Below, piece after piece: positions 28,111-38,835 of a stretch of 59,004 nucleotides of DNA. Positions within the stretch are counted from its first letter, which is position 1; the number at the start of each line of letters is the position of its first letter. The notes beneath the pieces were generated by a model. That model worked only from the letters and a program-made list of their open reading frames with translations. It did not search any database and had not been told where the DNA came from. A program made the position numbers and the translations under genes. The stretch comes from Thermoleophilia bacterium (GTDB taxonomy: Bacteria; Actinomycetota; Thermoleophilia; BMS3ABIN01): the NCBI GenBank assembly GCA_014874265.1, contig JACWAM010000118.1:1-59004 (forward strand), read 5' to 3'.

Positions 28111-31100
28111 TTATGACGCTTTGCGCTGCCGCCCTTCGCTGCCAAGAATCGCCTGGATATGCTTTCCCAGCTCGCTCGGGTCAAAAGGCTTTACCAGATA
28201 CGGGGTCCCCAGCTTGCTTAGGTAAGTCTGGGTCTTTGGATTTACGGAATCGCCCGAGATGAAGATAAACCTGCGGGCCAGCTCCGGATTCATCTGCCGG
28301 ATCGCTTCCAGCAAAGTTGGGCCATCCATCCGCGGCATCCGCACATCACTGACGACGCAGTCATAGCGCTCCCGCTTAAGCATCTTCAGGGCGACGTTGC
28401 CATCCCTGGCGGTATCAACGCTGTGGCCCATCTTGCGCATGGCTTCGGCCAGCACCTTCCGTACCGTCGCCTCATCATCCACCAGCAATACCTTTCCCGA
28501 AGCCCGGCCGTCCGCCGGCGTTTGAGCATCAGAAGGCTTCTGCTCGCTGACCTGTACAATCGGCAACTCCACTAACATCTTCGCCCCCGCGTCGCTGCCC
28601 GGCTCCAGCCAGATGCGGCCGTTGTGCTCCTCGATGATTCCGTAACAGATGCTCAAGCCGAGGCCGGTTCCCTTGCCGACATCCTTGGTGGTAAAGAAGG
28701 GGTCAAAAACTCTGTCTCTTAGCTCTTCCGGGACCCCGGGACCGCTGTCGCTGAATTCAATCCGGATCGCGCCACGGGAAATGCCGGTGGAAATCACGAT
28801 TCTGCCGGAGCCCTGACCCTCCAGCATTGCCTGCTCCGCGTTTGTGATCAGATTGAGAAACACCTGCTGCATCTGGTGCGGATCGGCCATTGTCAGCGGG
28901 AGGCCCGCCTTCAGTCTGGTTTCAACGGTGATGTTGTTGACTTTCAAGTCGTAAGCTTTGAGCTCTATTGATTCCCGGACCAGATTGTTAATATCGACAG
29001 CTTTCTGCTCTGGAGCGTGCTTGCGCGCAAATGAAAGCAGGTGCCTGACGATCTTGGTCGCTCGCTGGGCCTCACTGTAAATCGCCTCGGCATCCTTCTT
29101 TGCCTCCTCGCCAATTTCCTGGGAAAGCAACAGCTGGGAGTAACCGATAACGCCCGTGAGCGGGTTGTTGATCTCGTGGGCGACTCCTGACACTAGCTGT
29201 CCCACGGCCACCATCTTCTCCGACTGGATCAACTGCTGTCGCAACCTCTTGGATTCGGTAATATCGCGGAGAAAATGAACGGCGCCGATTTTTTGGCCGT
29301 CTGCATCGAACATGGGATCAACGGTCAACTCCAGCGTACGCCCGTCGGGAGTCACCTGCTCCGCCTTTGACGGCGAATCTCCCGGCGCCGCCTTGTACAG
29401 CGGACAGCTGGGCGGCTCGCAGCAGAGATTGTGAATCACCTTGTGACACCTCTCACCGAGAAGGTCATTGATCCGCCCACCGAGCATCCGCGCCGCCGCT
29501 TCATTCATCCGTTTGATGCGGCGGTCCTGACCAACGATGACGATTCCGTCGGTAACGCTGTCAAAGGTGGTCTCCCATTCTTTCTTGGCCCTGGAAATGT
29601 CCTCAAACAGCCTCTGGTTCGCAATCGACAGGGCCATGTGCGCCGCAATCGGGCTCAGCTCGTCCAGGTCGTCCTTGCTGAAAGCATTTCTGTCCTTGCT
29701 CGCGAGATTCAGGGTCCCGATCACTTCACCCTTGGCAAACAACGGGATGATCAACTGCGAGTGGTAGCCCGTCGCCGCCAGCTGCTTTTGCCTTTCGCAA
29801 ACCGGGGCTCGGGTGATATCGCCGGACAGGTACGGCTTGCCCGTCAGCATGACGATTCCCGGGAGCGAATCTTTAGCGGGAAAAGCCGACTCGTCTTTCC
29901 ACTCTTCGGGTCTATCGCCGTTTTGAGCAAGCAGCCTGACCATCCCCCCATCCGCAACGGTGGTCACGCTGATCCGGTCAAAGGTGATCAGCTTCTTTGT
30001 CTGCGCCAGGAAATCATCCCAAACGGCGCTCATGTCGAAGCTGGAGGACAGAGCCATGATAATGTGGTTCTTGGCCAGCGCTTTTCTGGCATGCTTGACT
30101 GACTCCAGGTACAGCATCGAGTTCTCAATCGCCACGCCGATCTGGTTTCCAATCAATCTCAACAGACGAGCGTCATCCTGGGAAAAGTAGCCGACGGCGC
30201 TTGACGCAAGAACCAGGCTTCCGACCACTTTGTCGCTTGCCGTCAAAGGGATGCCCAAAACCGACCGAATCCCTGTGTCGATAATTGCGGGAACCATCTT
30301 TTCTTCATCAAGCGTGTCCTTGATGATCTCCACTTCACCGCTTTCATATACTTTCCAGGCAACACCCATGCCTGACGCGGCCTTTTCCAGGCCATCTCTT
30401 GTTTCATCTGAGAGATTGCTCCACGCTATCAGCTGTAGCTGTCCGGTAGTACGATTCATGATATGAACCCCGCCGGAATAAGCTTCCCAGGCATCGAGCA
30501 GTTTATCCAGGACGGTCGCGAGCATGCGGTCCAGGTTAAGCGAGCTGGAAACCGCCTCGCCGATCTCATTTAGCAGCTCCTGCTCGGCTCGCTTATGTTC
30601 CAAATCTTCATTGGCGTGTTGCAGTTCCGTGACATTATGCATGACGATCGTACGGCCGCGCTCCTGCCCTTCGTTATCGAGGATGGGCACTATCTCGATG
30701 CTGTAATAACGGTCGTTGATCTTTGTCTCCAGTTTCTGGACCGCGTTATGATGGAAAACGTCGCAGCGCTCGCAGGCATCGCGCTTCTGCCGGAATGTTC
30801 CCTGTATCTGATTATTGCAATAGGTGCCGCATTGTAGCCAGCAGCGCTGATCCGTGCTATGAAATGCGGGACAACCGGCCTTGCTGCACTGTTTTGCCTC
30901 CCAGCAACTGACCATCTCTGCGGACTTGATCTCGCGGCAGATCTCTTCCTGCAGCTCGGCGACGCCTGTATCACGGCTTCGCTCCAGCTCCAGCGCCGTC
31001 TTTCCCAGCGCCGCTTCCGCGGCCGGATTCGCTGAAATAATGATTCCGTCGCGGTCAACCACCACGATGCCGTCACCAATGCTCTGGTGAATCGATCTGA

Positions 31101-31968
31101 TGCGAGCCCGTTCCTGCTCCTGCTGTTCGATCTGCTGCTCGAGCGACGCGGCCATATTGTTGAAGGAGTTGGCCAGCACTGCCATCTCGTCGCGCCCCCT
31201 TCCGGCGGGAATCCGGTGGTCGAGATTGCCGCGAGAAATTTTTTCCGCTCCTTTCACCATGTTCTTCACGGGTATCAACAGCCGCCTCGTTAGCAAGCCG
31301 GCGGCCAGCAGGCCGAGCAAAACGCCGCCGATGGCGCTAAAGAATCCCCAGGTCTCAAGGGCTTCCCGATGGTCGGATTGTGACCGGAGGGTGGCATCCC
31401 TATCCGCATTAAAAGAGCTGAGCAACTTCGTATGGATTCCGAGCATGGTGTTAAAAATACCGTCGAGCCTTTTTTCCAATGAATCCAGATCGGCACCAGG
31501 ATGCGCCGACAGCGGCACGAGCTGATTGGAAAATATATCCTTGAATTGATGGTCTAACGACTGGCAACTGTCCAGCTGCTTTCGCTCGGAGGCCGTCACG
31601 GCGTAGCGGTAGGACTCGCTCCGTTTTTCCTCAGCTTGAGCCGCCGCAGCGTTAAAATCACTAACGAACTGCCGGCTGTCAAACCTGCCCTCGTAATGAT
31701 CGAGAAGGACCTCGTGGACGTCGAGCATCTCCTGCCGCGACTGCGTGTCCATCGCCGAAACGCTCGTAACCGCCTTCTCGCTGACAGCGATTGCTCCCTG
31801 GGATGAAAGATCAGCGTTGCTCTCGAAATGAAAATAAAAGAAGACGGGCGTCATGAGGGCCGCCATGGCGATAACCAGCGGCAAGGAGAGCTTGAGTCCC
31901 AGCCGGCTGCGGAATACGCCGAGAAATTCTTTCAGCAGCTTCACCTTTGAATGTCCCCCCACACTCAC
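28111..31968 (-). CDS. Hybrid sensor histidine kinase (TM-HAMP-PAS with Cys-rich insert-GAF-GAF-PAS-HisKA-HATPase-REC)
   Basis: [36 protein letters not shown]; C-terminal receiver VDDE..D..MP.MDG..KP. Confidence 0.93.
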   Translation of the reverse strand: MSVGGHSKVKLLKEFLGVFRSRLGLKLSLPLVIAMAALMTPVFFYFHFESNADLSSQGAIAVSEKAVTSVSAMDTQSRQEMLDVHEVLLDHYEGRFDSRQFVSDFNAAAAQAEEKRSESYRYAVTASERKQLDSCQSLDHQFKDIFSNQLVPLSAHPGADLDSLEKRLDGIFNTMLGIHTKLLSSFNADRDATLRSQSDHREALETWGFFSAIGGVLLGLLAAGLLTRRLLIPVKNMVKGAEKISRGNLDHRIPAGRGRDEMAVLANSFNNMAASLEQQIEQQEQERARIRSIHQSIGDGIVVVDRDGIIISANPAAEAALGKTALELERSRDTGVAELQEEICREIKSAEMVSCWEAKQCSKAGCPAFHSTDQRCWLQCGTYCNNQIQGTFRQKRDACERCDVFHHNAVQKLETKINDRYYSIEIVPILDNEGQERGRTIVMHNVTELQHANEDLEHKRAEQELLNEIGEAVSSSLNLDRMLATVLDKLLDAWEAYSGGVHIMNRTTGQLQLIAWSNLSDETRDGLEKAASGMGVAWKVYESGEVEIIKDTLDEEKMVPAIIDTGIRSVLGIPLTASDKVVGSLVLASSAVGYFSQDDARLLRLIGNQIGVAIENSMLYLESVKHARKALAKNHIIMALSSSFDMSAVWDDFLAQTKKLITFDRISVTTVADGGMVRLLAQNGDRPEEWKDESAFPAKDSLPGIVMLTGKPYLSGDITRAPVCERQKQLAATGYHSQLIIPLFAKGEVIGTLNLASKDRNAFSKDDLDELSPIAAHMALSIANQRLFEDISRAKKEWETTFDSVTDGIVIVGQDRRIKRMNEAAARMLGGRINDLLGERCHKVIHNLCCEPPSCPLYKAAPGDSPSKAEQVTPDGRTLELTVDPMFDADGQKIGAVHFLRDITESKRLRQQLIQSEKMVAVGQLVSGVAHEINNPLTGVIGYSQLLLSQEIGEEAKKDAEAIYSEAQRATKIVRHLLSFARKHAPEQKAVDINNLVRESIELKAYDLKVNNITVETRLKAGLPLTMADPHQMQQVFLNLITNAEQAMLEGQGSGRIVISTGISRGAIRIEFSDSGPGVPEELRDRVFDPFFTTKDVGKGTGLGLSICYGIIEEHNGRIWLEPGSDAGAKMLVELPIVQVSEQKPSDAQTPADGRASGKVLLVDDEATVRKVLAEAMRKMGHSVDTARDGNVALKMLKRERYDCVVSDVRMPRMDGPTLLEAIRQMNPELARRFIFISGDSVNPKTQTYLSKLGTPYLVKPFDPSELGKHIQAILGSEGRQRKAS

Positions 31969-31992
31969 CCGTGTTTTTTAACCTACTCCCTG

Positions 31993-32019
31993 ATATCGAC
32001 CTTCATGGCAGTACCTTTA
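31993..32019 (-). promoter_or_regulatory. Sigma-28 (FliA/SigD/WhiG)-type promoter
   Basis: TAAA-N15-GTCGATAT upstream of the kinase. Confidence 0.6.
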
Positions 32020-32033
32020 CAGGATTAAGGGCG

Positions 32034-32057
32034 AAAAAGCCGGCAAAGGAGCCGGCT
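32034..32057 (-). terminator. Intrinsic terminator after proA
   Basis: AGCCGGC-TCCTTT-GCCGGCT followed by TTTT. Confidence 0.55.
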
Positions 32058-32086
32058 GGAAGTCGCCTTAGGTTTTTTTCTGCGGG

Positions 32087-33337
32087 TTATTCCCTGACCT
32101 GGCCGCTGCCCCGGATAATGTAGCGGGTGCCGGTCATTTCCTCGAGTCCCATCGGACCCCGCGGGTAGACCCTGTCGGTGTTGATGCCGCTGGCCGGGCC
32201 GATTCCGAAGGGAAGGCCGTCCGTGAGGCGGGTAGAGGCGTTCCAGTAGGTGGCGGCGCTGTCGACCTGCGCCAGAAACTGCTCCGCGGCGGCGCTGTCT
32301 TGGGAGATAATTGCGTCCGCCAGGCCCGAGTGATATTTGTGGATGTGGTCGATTGCCTCATCCAGGCCGGACACGATTTTGAGCGAGAGGATGAGATTGA
32401 GGTATTCCGTGTCCCAGTCGGCATCTGTCGCCGGCTGCCAGGCCGGAACGATTGCCCGCGCCGCCTCGTCGGCCCTCACCTCAACACCGGCAGCGCCCAG
32501 GCTTGACGCGAGCAAGGGCAGTATTTTTACCGCGGCCGCCTCAACGACAAGAACCGTCTCCACCGAATTACAGGTACTGGGCCGGTTGACTTTGGCGTTT
32601 AGCACGATTTTTTCCGCCATGGCGGGATCGGCCGTCGCATCGATGTAAATATGACAGAGGCCCCGGTAATGCTTCATTACGGGGATTTTCGACTGCTCCG
32701 TGACCGCCGTGATCAGCCGGTGGCTGCCGCGGGCAATCACCAGGTCGATCAGCCCTGCCAGACCGAGCAGCTCGCTGACGGCGGCCCGATCGGTGGTATC
32801 AATAAACTGGATGGCGCCGGCGGGGAGGCCCTCCCGCTCGCCCGCCTCGTGCATTAGCCTGGCCAGCACCCTGTTGGAGTGGATCGCCTCCGAGCCGCCC
32901 CGCAAGATGATGCAGTTGCCGGCCTTGATGCAAAGGCCGGCGGTCTCCGTCGTTACATTTGGTCTGGACTCATAGATGATGGCCATCACGCCGATGGGGC
33001 TTCGTACCCGGGACATGTGCATGCCGTTGGTCGCCGTCCACGATTTGACCACCTGCCCGACCGGATCGTCCATGGCGGCAATATTACGCAAGTTGCTGGC
33101 CATCAGCGCTACCCGGGCCCGGTCCAGCATCAGCCGGTCCAGCATGGCGATCGTCAGGCCCTTGGCTTTACCCGTACCCACGTCCTTGGCATTGGCCTCC
33201 TCGATCTCCGCCAGATTCTCCTCCAGGGCATCCGCCATTGCCATCAGGACCGCCTGCTTGGTCTCTGGCGCCAGAACTGAAAGCTGATGAAGCGCCCGGC
33301 GCGCCGCCTTTGCTTTTTCCGTTACTGATTCAGCCAT
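32087..33337 (-). CDS. proA: Gamma-glutamyl phosphate reductase
   Basis: IIYESRPNVT, LRGGSEA, catalytic CN..E, NASTR.TDG, RGPMGL. Confidence 0.93.
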   Translation of the reverse strand: MAESVTEKAKAARRALHQLSVLAPETKQAVLMAMADALEENLAEIEEANAKDVGTGKAKGLTIAMLDRLMLDRARVALMASNLRNIAAMDDPVGQVVKSWTATNGMHMSRVRSPIGVMAIIYESRPNVTTETAGLCIKAGNCIILRGGSEAIHSNRVLARLMHEAGEREGLPAGAIQFIDTTDRAAVSELLGLAGLIDLVIARGSHRLITAVTEQSKIPVMKHYRGLCHIYIDATADPAMAEKIVLNAKVNRPSTCNSVETVLVVEAAAVKILPLLASSLGAAGVEVRADEAARAIVPAWQPATDADWDTEYLNLILSLKIVSGLDEAIDHIHKYHSGLADAIISQDSAAAEQFLAQVDSAATYWNASTRLTDGLPFGIGPASGINTDRVYPRGPMGLEEMTGTRYIIRGSGQVRE

Positions 33338-33534
33338 CTAATGTATTGTCGCGAACCTTGAGATTTGCCTGTTTAACATGTGATGAACCCGCATATTATA
33401 TAAAAAGTTGGACTTCCCGTTGGATTTTACCCGGTAGATAAAATATCCTTGACGACGGAAACCTTGCGGGCAGCGTCCAGCCTGTGTGGGACCTGCAAGA
33501 GGCAATATCGAATCGTTTGGAAAGGAGTTTTGTC

Positions 33535-34491
33535 ATGGCTAATGGAATGGACGTGCAGATACCGCTTGACGTTCCGAAGGAAAAGCGGGACGAATACGCG
33601 GAGAACTTCGCGGCGATGACTCACGGCACCGGCCGGCTGATGCTCTTTGCGGGAGATCAGAAAGTCGAGCATCTTAACAAGGATTTCGTGGGCAAGTACG
33701 AGCTTGGTGAAATTCCAGCCGACGACGCCGACCCGGAGCACCTCTTCCGTATCGCCCGGCAGGGAACCATTGGCGTATTTGCCACCCAGATTGGCATGGT
33801 CGCAAAATATGGCAATGATTATCGTGATGTAAACTACCTGGTCAAGCTCAACTCCAAGACCAACCTCGTCAAAACAGATACGATGGATCCTTTCAGCAAC
33901 CTGTGGCTGGAGGTTGACGCCGTTGCCCGCTTCAAACAAGACTCAGGCCTGCGGATCCCGGCAGTGGGTTACACGATTTACCTGGGCAGCGCCTATGAGC
34001 CGCAAATGCTTGAGCAGGCGGCCAGGCTGGTAAACGACGCCCACCGGCACGGGATGCTGAGCGTTCTCTGGATCTATCCCCGCGGCAAGAGCGTTGCCGA
34101 TGAAAAAGATCCACACCTCATCGCCGGCGCCACGGGCGTGGCGCTGACTCTGGGCTCTGATTTTGTTAAAGTCAACTATCCCAAAGCCGAGGGACAGGAG
34201 TCGAGCGAGATATTCAAGGAGGCGGTCGTGGCCGCCGGACGCACTCGCGTCGTGGCTGCGGGCGGCTCCTCAACCGACGCCCGCAGCTTCCTGCAGCGGC
34301 TGTATGACCAGATCCATATCAGCGGCGCCATTGGTAATGCCACAGGCAGGAACCTGCATCAAAAGCCGCTTGATGAAGCGGTAAGAATGTGTGACGCCAT
34401 CTCCGCCATCACCCTTGCCGATTATCCAGTTGATGAGGCAATCAAGGTATACGAAGGCAGCGAATGCCTCGATTTCAAAACGTTAGTTTAA
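33535..34491 (+). CDS. Class I fructose-bisphosphate aldolase (FbaB/DhnA-type)
   Basis: DQKVEH, KLNSKT, GYTIYLGS, W.YPRG, Schiff-base DFVKVNYP, AGG, GRN.HQ. Confidence 0.88.
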   Translation: MANGMDVQIPLDVPKEKRDEYAENFAAMTHGTGRLMLFAGDQKVEHLNKDFVGKYELGEIPADDADPEHLFRIARQGTIGVFATQIGMVAKYGNDYRDVNYLVKLNSKTNLVKTDTMDPFSNLWLEVDAVARFKQDSGLRIPAVGYTIYLGSAYEPQMLEQAARLVNDAHRHGMLSVLWIYPRGKSVADEKDPHLIAGATGVALTLGSDFVKVNYPKAEGQESSEIFKEAVVAAGRTRVVAAGGSSTDARSFLQRLYDQIHISGAIGNATGRNLHQKPLDEAVRMCDAISAITLADYPVDEAIKVYEGSECLDFKTLV

Positions 34492-34535
34492 GCGGCCGGG
34501 CGGATATTGGGTTTCGGGTTTCGGGTTTTGGATTT

Positions 34536-34672
34536 AATAATCATATAACTTGCTCGGGAAACGCCCGAACATTGTCTTTCCGGGACAGCGAGCACCGGGG
34601 ATTCTGCTTAAAAAGCAGATCTCTCGCTGCGCTCGGGATGACAATTCTCCGTAACCTGGTTGTATGATCAGT
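34536..34672. mobile_element. MITE copy C (IS1595-like TIRs, TSD TTGGATTT/TTGGACTT)
   Basis: Left end AATAATCATATAACTTGCTCGGGA, right end ...GTTGTATGATCAGT. TSD matches 7/8. Internal hairpin at 34573-34643. Confidence 0.8.
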
Positions 34673-34769
34673 TTGGACTTTGGAAATTGACATATAATTT
34701 ATCAAGATCAAGATGCTGGTTTTTATCCAAAGCCCGGCATCCAAGATTCATTATCTGCTTTCTGGCAGT

Positions 34770-35609
34770 ATGATCATTGATTTTCACACTCACATCCTGC
34801 CTCCGGAGATCATCGGACGCCGTGACGAGATTGCTGGCCGGGAAGAGTGGTTCGACGCCCTGTATAGTGATCCGGCGGCCCGGCTGGCGACGGCCGAAGA
34901 GCTGATCGCGGAAATGAACCGCACCGGCATTGACAAATCGGTGGTTTGCGGGTTTGCCTTTGACAGCCTGGACCTCTGCCGTGAATGCAATTCTTATGTT
35001 GCCGACGCTGTCAGGCGCTGGCCCGGGAGACTCTATGGCTTCGCGGTTATTCCTCCCCTGGTTCCGGGCTCTGGCGCCGAGCTGGAGCGCTGTGCCGCTC
35101 TCGGTTTTCGCGGCATCGGCGAGTTGATGCCGGACGGGCAGGGGTTTGACCTTGACGAACCTGAGCATTTAAGACCACTGGCGGAGACGGCTGAGTCGCT
35201 GCAGCTGCCGCTGCTCATCCACATGAGCGAGCCGGTTGGCCACCATTATCCGGGAAAGGGGCTGACCACGCCGGAGAAAGGGATCAGCTTTTCCCGCGCT
35301 TTTCCCGAACTGACTTTGATCTTCGCCCATTGGGGCGGCGGCCTTCCCTTCTATGAGCTGATGCCAGAGGTGCGCCGCGACCTGATGCGCGTATATTACG
35401 ATTGCGCCGCGGGGCCGTATCTTTATGAAAGCGCCGTCTTCCCCATTGCTGTGAAGATGGTAGGGCATGAGAAAATCTTGCTGGGAAGCGATTTTCCTCT
35501 GATGCCGCCGGATCGGTACCTCCGCGAGCTCGACGAGGCCGGCCTCGGAGAAAAGGAACTGGCGGCGATAACGGGAGGAAACGCCATGAGAATACTTGGT
35601 GAAGATTGA
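34770..35609 (+). CDS. Amidohydrolase family 2 protein
   Basis: IDFHTH, GIGEL, AHWGGG, GSDFP, GGNA. Confidence 0.9.
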   Translation: MIIDFHTHILPPEIIGRRDEIAGREEWFDALYSDPAARLATAEELIAEMNRTGIDKSVVCGFAFDSLDLCRECNSYVADAVRRWPGRLYGFAVIPPLVPGSGAELERCAALGFRGIGELMPDGQGFDLDEPEHLRPLAETAESLQLPLLIHMSEPVGHHYPGKGLTTPEKGISFSRAFPELTLIFAHWGGGLPFYELMPEVRRDLMRVYYDCAAGPYLYESAVFPIAVKMVGHEKILLGSDFPLMPPDRYLRELDEAGLGEKELAAITGGNAMRILGED

Positions 35610-36382
35610 TGAACGCGCGTGAAATTCTCGGGCAGCTGGCCGGTGGCGAGATCAGCATCGACGAAGCCGAGTCTCGCCTGTCCCTGGCCGGCCTGATGGC
35701 TATCGGCGAGTTTGCCCTCCTGGACACGGGCAGGCAGTCCCGCAAGGGCGTCCCGGAAGTTATTTTTGCTCCCGGCAAAACCAGCGGGCAGCTGATTCCA
35801 ATCTGTGAGGGGCTGTTGCGGTCAACAGGAAAGGCAATAGTTGCCAACTTCAGCGCCGACCAAAGGGAGGCCCTTGAGGACAGGTTTCAATCACAGCTGG
35901 CGCTGGTTTCGCAGGAAGCGAAAACGATGGTGCTTCGCGCTGCCGGCGGCGAACCGCAACGTTCCGGGGGCATGATCGGGATTCTCTCGGCCGGAACCGC
36001 GGACATTCCGGCCTCGGAGCAAGCGCGGATCATCGCCGAGGAAATGGGCTGCGAGGTGATCCGCTCCTTCGACGTCGGAGTCGCCGGAGTCCACCGGCTG
36101 GTGAAGCCGCTCGGCGGGATGATCGAGAACGGCGTCGCCGCGATCGTGGTTGCCGCCGGTATGGAGGGGGCGCTGCCCTCTGTTGTCACCGGCCTGGTTC
36201 CGGTGCCTGTGATCGGGCTGCCGACATCCGCGGGATACGGACTGGGCGGAGGCGGCGTCGCCGCGCTGCTGGCTATGCTGCAAAGCTGCTGCCCCGGGAT
36301 GGTCGTTGTCAATATCGACAACGGCGTCGGGGCCGGAGCCACGGCCGCGCTGATCGCCAACCGGTGCGCGGCCGGAGCTTGA
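35606..36382 (+). CDS. larB: Nickel-pincer cofactor biosynthesis protein LarB
   Basis: R..RKG.PEVIF..GK, AGTAD.P, DVGVAG.HRL, AGMEGALPSV, PTS.GYG, VVNIDNG. Confidence 0.92.
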   Translation: MMNAREILGQLAGGEISIDEAESRLSLAGLMAIGEFALLDTGRQSRKGVPEVIFAPGKTSGQLIPICEGLLRSTGKAIVANFSADQREALEDRFQSQLALVSQEAKTMVLRAAGGEPQRSGGMIGILSAGTADIPASEQARIIAEEMGCEVIRSFDVGVAGVHRLVKPLGGMIENGVAAIVVAAGMEGALPSVVTGLVPVPVIGLPTSAGYGLGGGGVAALLAMLQSCCPGMVVVNIDNGVGAGATAALIANRCAAGA

Positions 36383-36485
36383 GAAGGTACTCGAGCAACC
36401 CGACATCCAAAGTCCAATACCGGGTTTAGGTCCTGACCGGGCACACCGATACTACAAACAAGCCGGCAAACTTCCTTGCTTTCCC

Positions 36486-36971
36486 ATGATATCGCTAACT
36501 TTTGCCAACGTCATCCGAGAGAATCATGAAGAGACGATTCAGCGCTGGCTCAAATCCATCCAGGGGCTGGTAGCGGAAGACTACCAGCAGGTGCTGGAGA
36601 CGCCGATGGGCAGGGCTGTGGCGACAACGCTGCTGGGACTTGTCATGGAGCTGCTGAGTGCGGAAGAATATCAGCGCGCCGAGATTCTACACAGAGTCCG
36701 CGACGCCGCCAATGATGACGCTTTTCGCCGCACCGCCGTTGGTTTTTACCTGCCGGACCTGATCACGGATGCCATGCTTTTTCGGCAGGCGCTCGAGGAG
36801 ACGCTCTTCAATCATGTAAATCCGGCATCGGCCGAAGAGTTTGCCGGTTTCCGCGACGCGTTTATGGCGCTTAACAAGCTCGGCGACGCCATGATCTCAG
36901 GCAAGGTGTCCGGTTACTTCACCTACCGCGATTTCCGGGACGAAAATGAGGAAGACTCCCGGCCGGTTTGA
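36486..36971 (+). CDS. Hypothetical all-helical protein (RsbRD N-terminal/globin-like sensor, tentative)
   Basis: I.EN.E..IQRW and R...GF...DL pattern. Confidence 0.65.
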   Translation: MISLTFANVIRENHEETIQRWLKSIQGLVAEDYQQVLETPMGRAVATTLLGLVMELLSAEEYQRAEILHRVRDAANDDAFRRTAVGFYLPDLITDAMLFRQALEETLFNHVNPASAEEFAGFRDAFMALNKLGDAMISGKVSGYFTYRDFRDENEEDSRPV

Positions 36972-36995
36972 CCAAAGGGCCACCAGCTTCTGTCC

Positions 36996-37994
36996 CTAGA
37001 AAAGGGTAAGACCCCCCTCAGACCAGACGCCCATTTGCCGAAATTTTTCCAGCCTCTGCCGCTTGCGGGCCTGCGGATGCATCGCTTCCAGCTCGCGCAG
37101 GTTATCTTCCAGCGCCTGCTTGATTATCGACGACGCCGCCGCGTGGTCTCGGTGTGCGCCTCCGCGCGGCTCGGGAAGGACCGCGTCCACAGCTCCGAGC
37201 TCGCTTAGATTCGCCGACGTCAGCCTGAGCGTCTGGGCGGCCAGATGCGCCTCTTCCGCGTCCTTCCACAGGATGGCCGCGCATGACTCCGGGGAAATTA
37301 CGGAATAAATCGCGTTCTCCAGCATTATCACCCGGTCCGCGAGAGCGAGGGCAAGAGCCCCGCCGCTACCTCCCTCTCCAATAATCACAGCGACGGTCGG
37401 AACGTCAAGGCGCGCCATGCAAAGCAGGCTCTGGGAGATCGCCGCTGCCTGCCCGCGCTCCTCCGCGGCGACGCCGGGATAAGCGCCCGCGGTGTCAATC
37501 AGGGTGAGAACAGGGATGCCGAATTTGTTCGCCAGATTCATCAGCCGCTGTGCCTTGCGGTAACCCTCCGGCCGTGGCATGCCGAAGTTCCGGCGCGTAC
37601 GCGCGGCCAGATCGCGCCCCTTCTGGTGGCCGATGACCATGATCGTCCTTCCCATATAAGCCGCCAGGCCGCCGACGATCGCCGGGTCATCGGCAAAACA
37701 TCTGTCCCCGCGCAGCTCGATAAACCCAGGGAACATGTGATGGATGTAATCGAGCGTGTAAGGGCGCTCCGGGTGGCGGGCCAATTCAACCCTGTCCCAG
37801 ACAGCCTTGTCAAGCCGCCGGTCATGGTTCAGCTCAATCAGCCTATGACTGATTTTGGCTATCTCATCTCTTAGATGAACGCCGGGAAGGGTTGGCAAGC
37901 GCTTTAATTCTGTCAAGCGCTTCCGCAAACGCCCCTCTTCGTCCTGGACTGCTTTTTTCTTCTTCCCAAAGGGGCTCAATGGCACAGGCGACAC
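36996..37994 (-). CDS. accA: Acetyl-CoA carboxylase carboxyltransferase alpha
   Basis: ARHP.RP, GHQKGR, PEGYRKA, IDT.GAYPG, GEGGSGGA. Confidence 0.95.
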   Translation of the reverse strand: MSPVPLSPFGKKKKAVQDEEGRLRKRLTELKRLPTLPGVHLRDEIAKISHRLIELNHDRRLDKAVWDRVELARHPERPYTLDYIHHMFPGFIELRGDRCFADDPAIVGGLAAYMGRTIMVIGHQKGRDLAARTRRNFGMPRPEGYRKAQRLMNLANKFGIPVLTLIDTAGAYPGVAAEERGQAAAISQSLLCMARLDVPTVAVIIGEGGSGGALALALADRVIMLENAIYSVISPESCAAILWKDAEEAHLAAQTLRLTSANLSELGAVDAVLPEPRGGAHRDHAAASSIIKQALEDNLRELEAMHPQARKRQRLEKFRQMGVWSEGGLTLF

Positions 37995-38823
37995 CCCCTT
38001 CCAGCATTCCCAGAACCTGCACCAGCCTGTCCTTAAGCTCCGGGCGTGGCACGATCATGTCGATCTGGCCGTGGTCCAGATTCTTCTCGGCGCGTCCGAA
38101 ATCCGCCGGCAGCTTTTCCTTGATTGTCTGCTCGATCACGCGGGGTCCGGAGAAACAAAGCAGTGACCTGGGCTCGGCGATGACCACATCGGCGAGCGTG
38201 GCAAAGCTTGCCATCACACCGCCTGTGGTCGGATCGGTAAGGACGGAGACAAATGGCACCGCCGCCTCGCCCAGTATTTCGACCGCGCAGGTTGTCTTTG
38301 CCATCTGCAGCAGAGAGATAATTCCCTCCTGCATGCGGGCGCCGCCGGATGCGCAAACAACCACGAGAGGGTACCTGGTCTCGATAGCGGTATCAACTGC
38401 GCGCCAGAATTTTTCGCCCACGACGCTGCCCATGCTTCCTCCCATGAAGCCAAAATCCATCACCGCCAGCACTGTATCCATTTTGTGAATACGGCAGGTT
38501 CCTGCGATCATCGCTTCCGGCAGGCCTGTGTCGTATTCCGCTTCCTCAAGCCGGTCCGGATAGGGTCTGAGATCGAAGAAGTGCAACGGATCGGCCGAGC
38601 GAAGGCTGGCGGCGATCTCGTTCCAGGTTCCCCTGTCCGCCAGCTGGGCAACACGCTCGGCAGCGCTTATGCGGAAGTGATAATTGCAATGAGGACAGAC
38701 CTTGTAGTTGGCTTCCAGCTCCTCCGTGCTCAGGAGCTGCTTACAGGCAGGGCAGCTTTCTGCCCCCCTGAAGCCTGTGTCGCCGTTTCGGCGGCTTATG
38801 TCTATCGAGACTTTCTGCGCCAA
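37864..38823 (-). CDS. accD: Acetyl-CoA carboxylase carboxyltransferase beta
   Basis: CxxC..CxxC zinc finger, GGSMGSVVGE, SGGARMQEG, PTTGGV.AS. Confidence 0.95.
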   Translation of the reverse strand: MAQKVSIDISRRNGDTGFRGAESCPACKQLLSTEELEANYKVCPHCNYHFRISAAERVAQLADRGTWNEIAASLRSADPLHFFDLRPYPDRLEEAEYDTGLPEAMIAGTCRIHKMDTVLAVMDFGFMGGSMGSVVGEKFWRAVDTAIETRYPLVVVCASGGARMQEGIISLLQMAKTTCAVEILGEAAVPFVSVLTDPTTGGVMASFATLADVVIAEPRSLLCFSGPRVIEQTIKEKLPADFGRAEKNLDHGQIDMIVPRPELKDRLVQVLGMLEGGVACAIEPLWEEEKSSPGRRGAFAEALDRIKALANPSRRSSKR

Positions 38824-38835
38824 GGCTGCCTCGCA

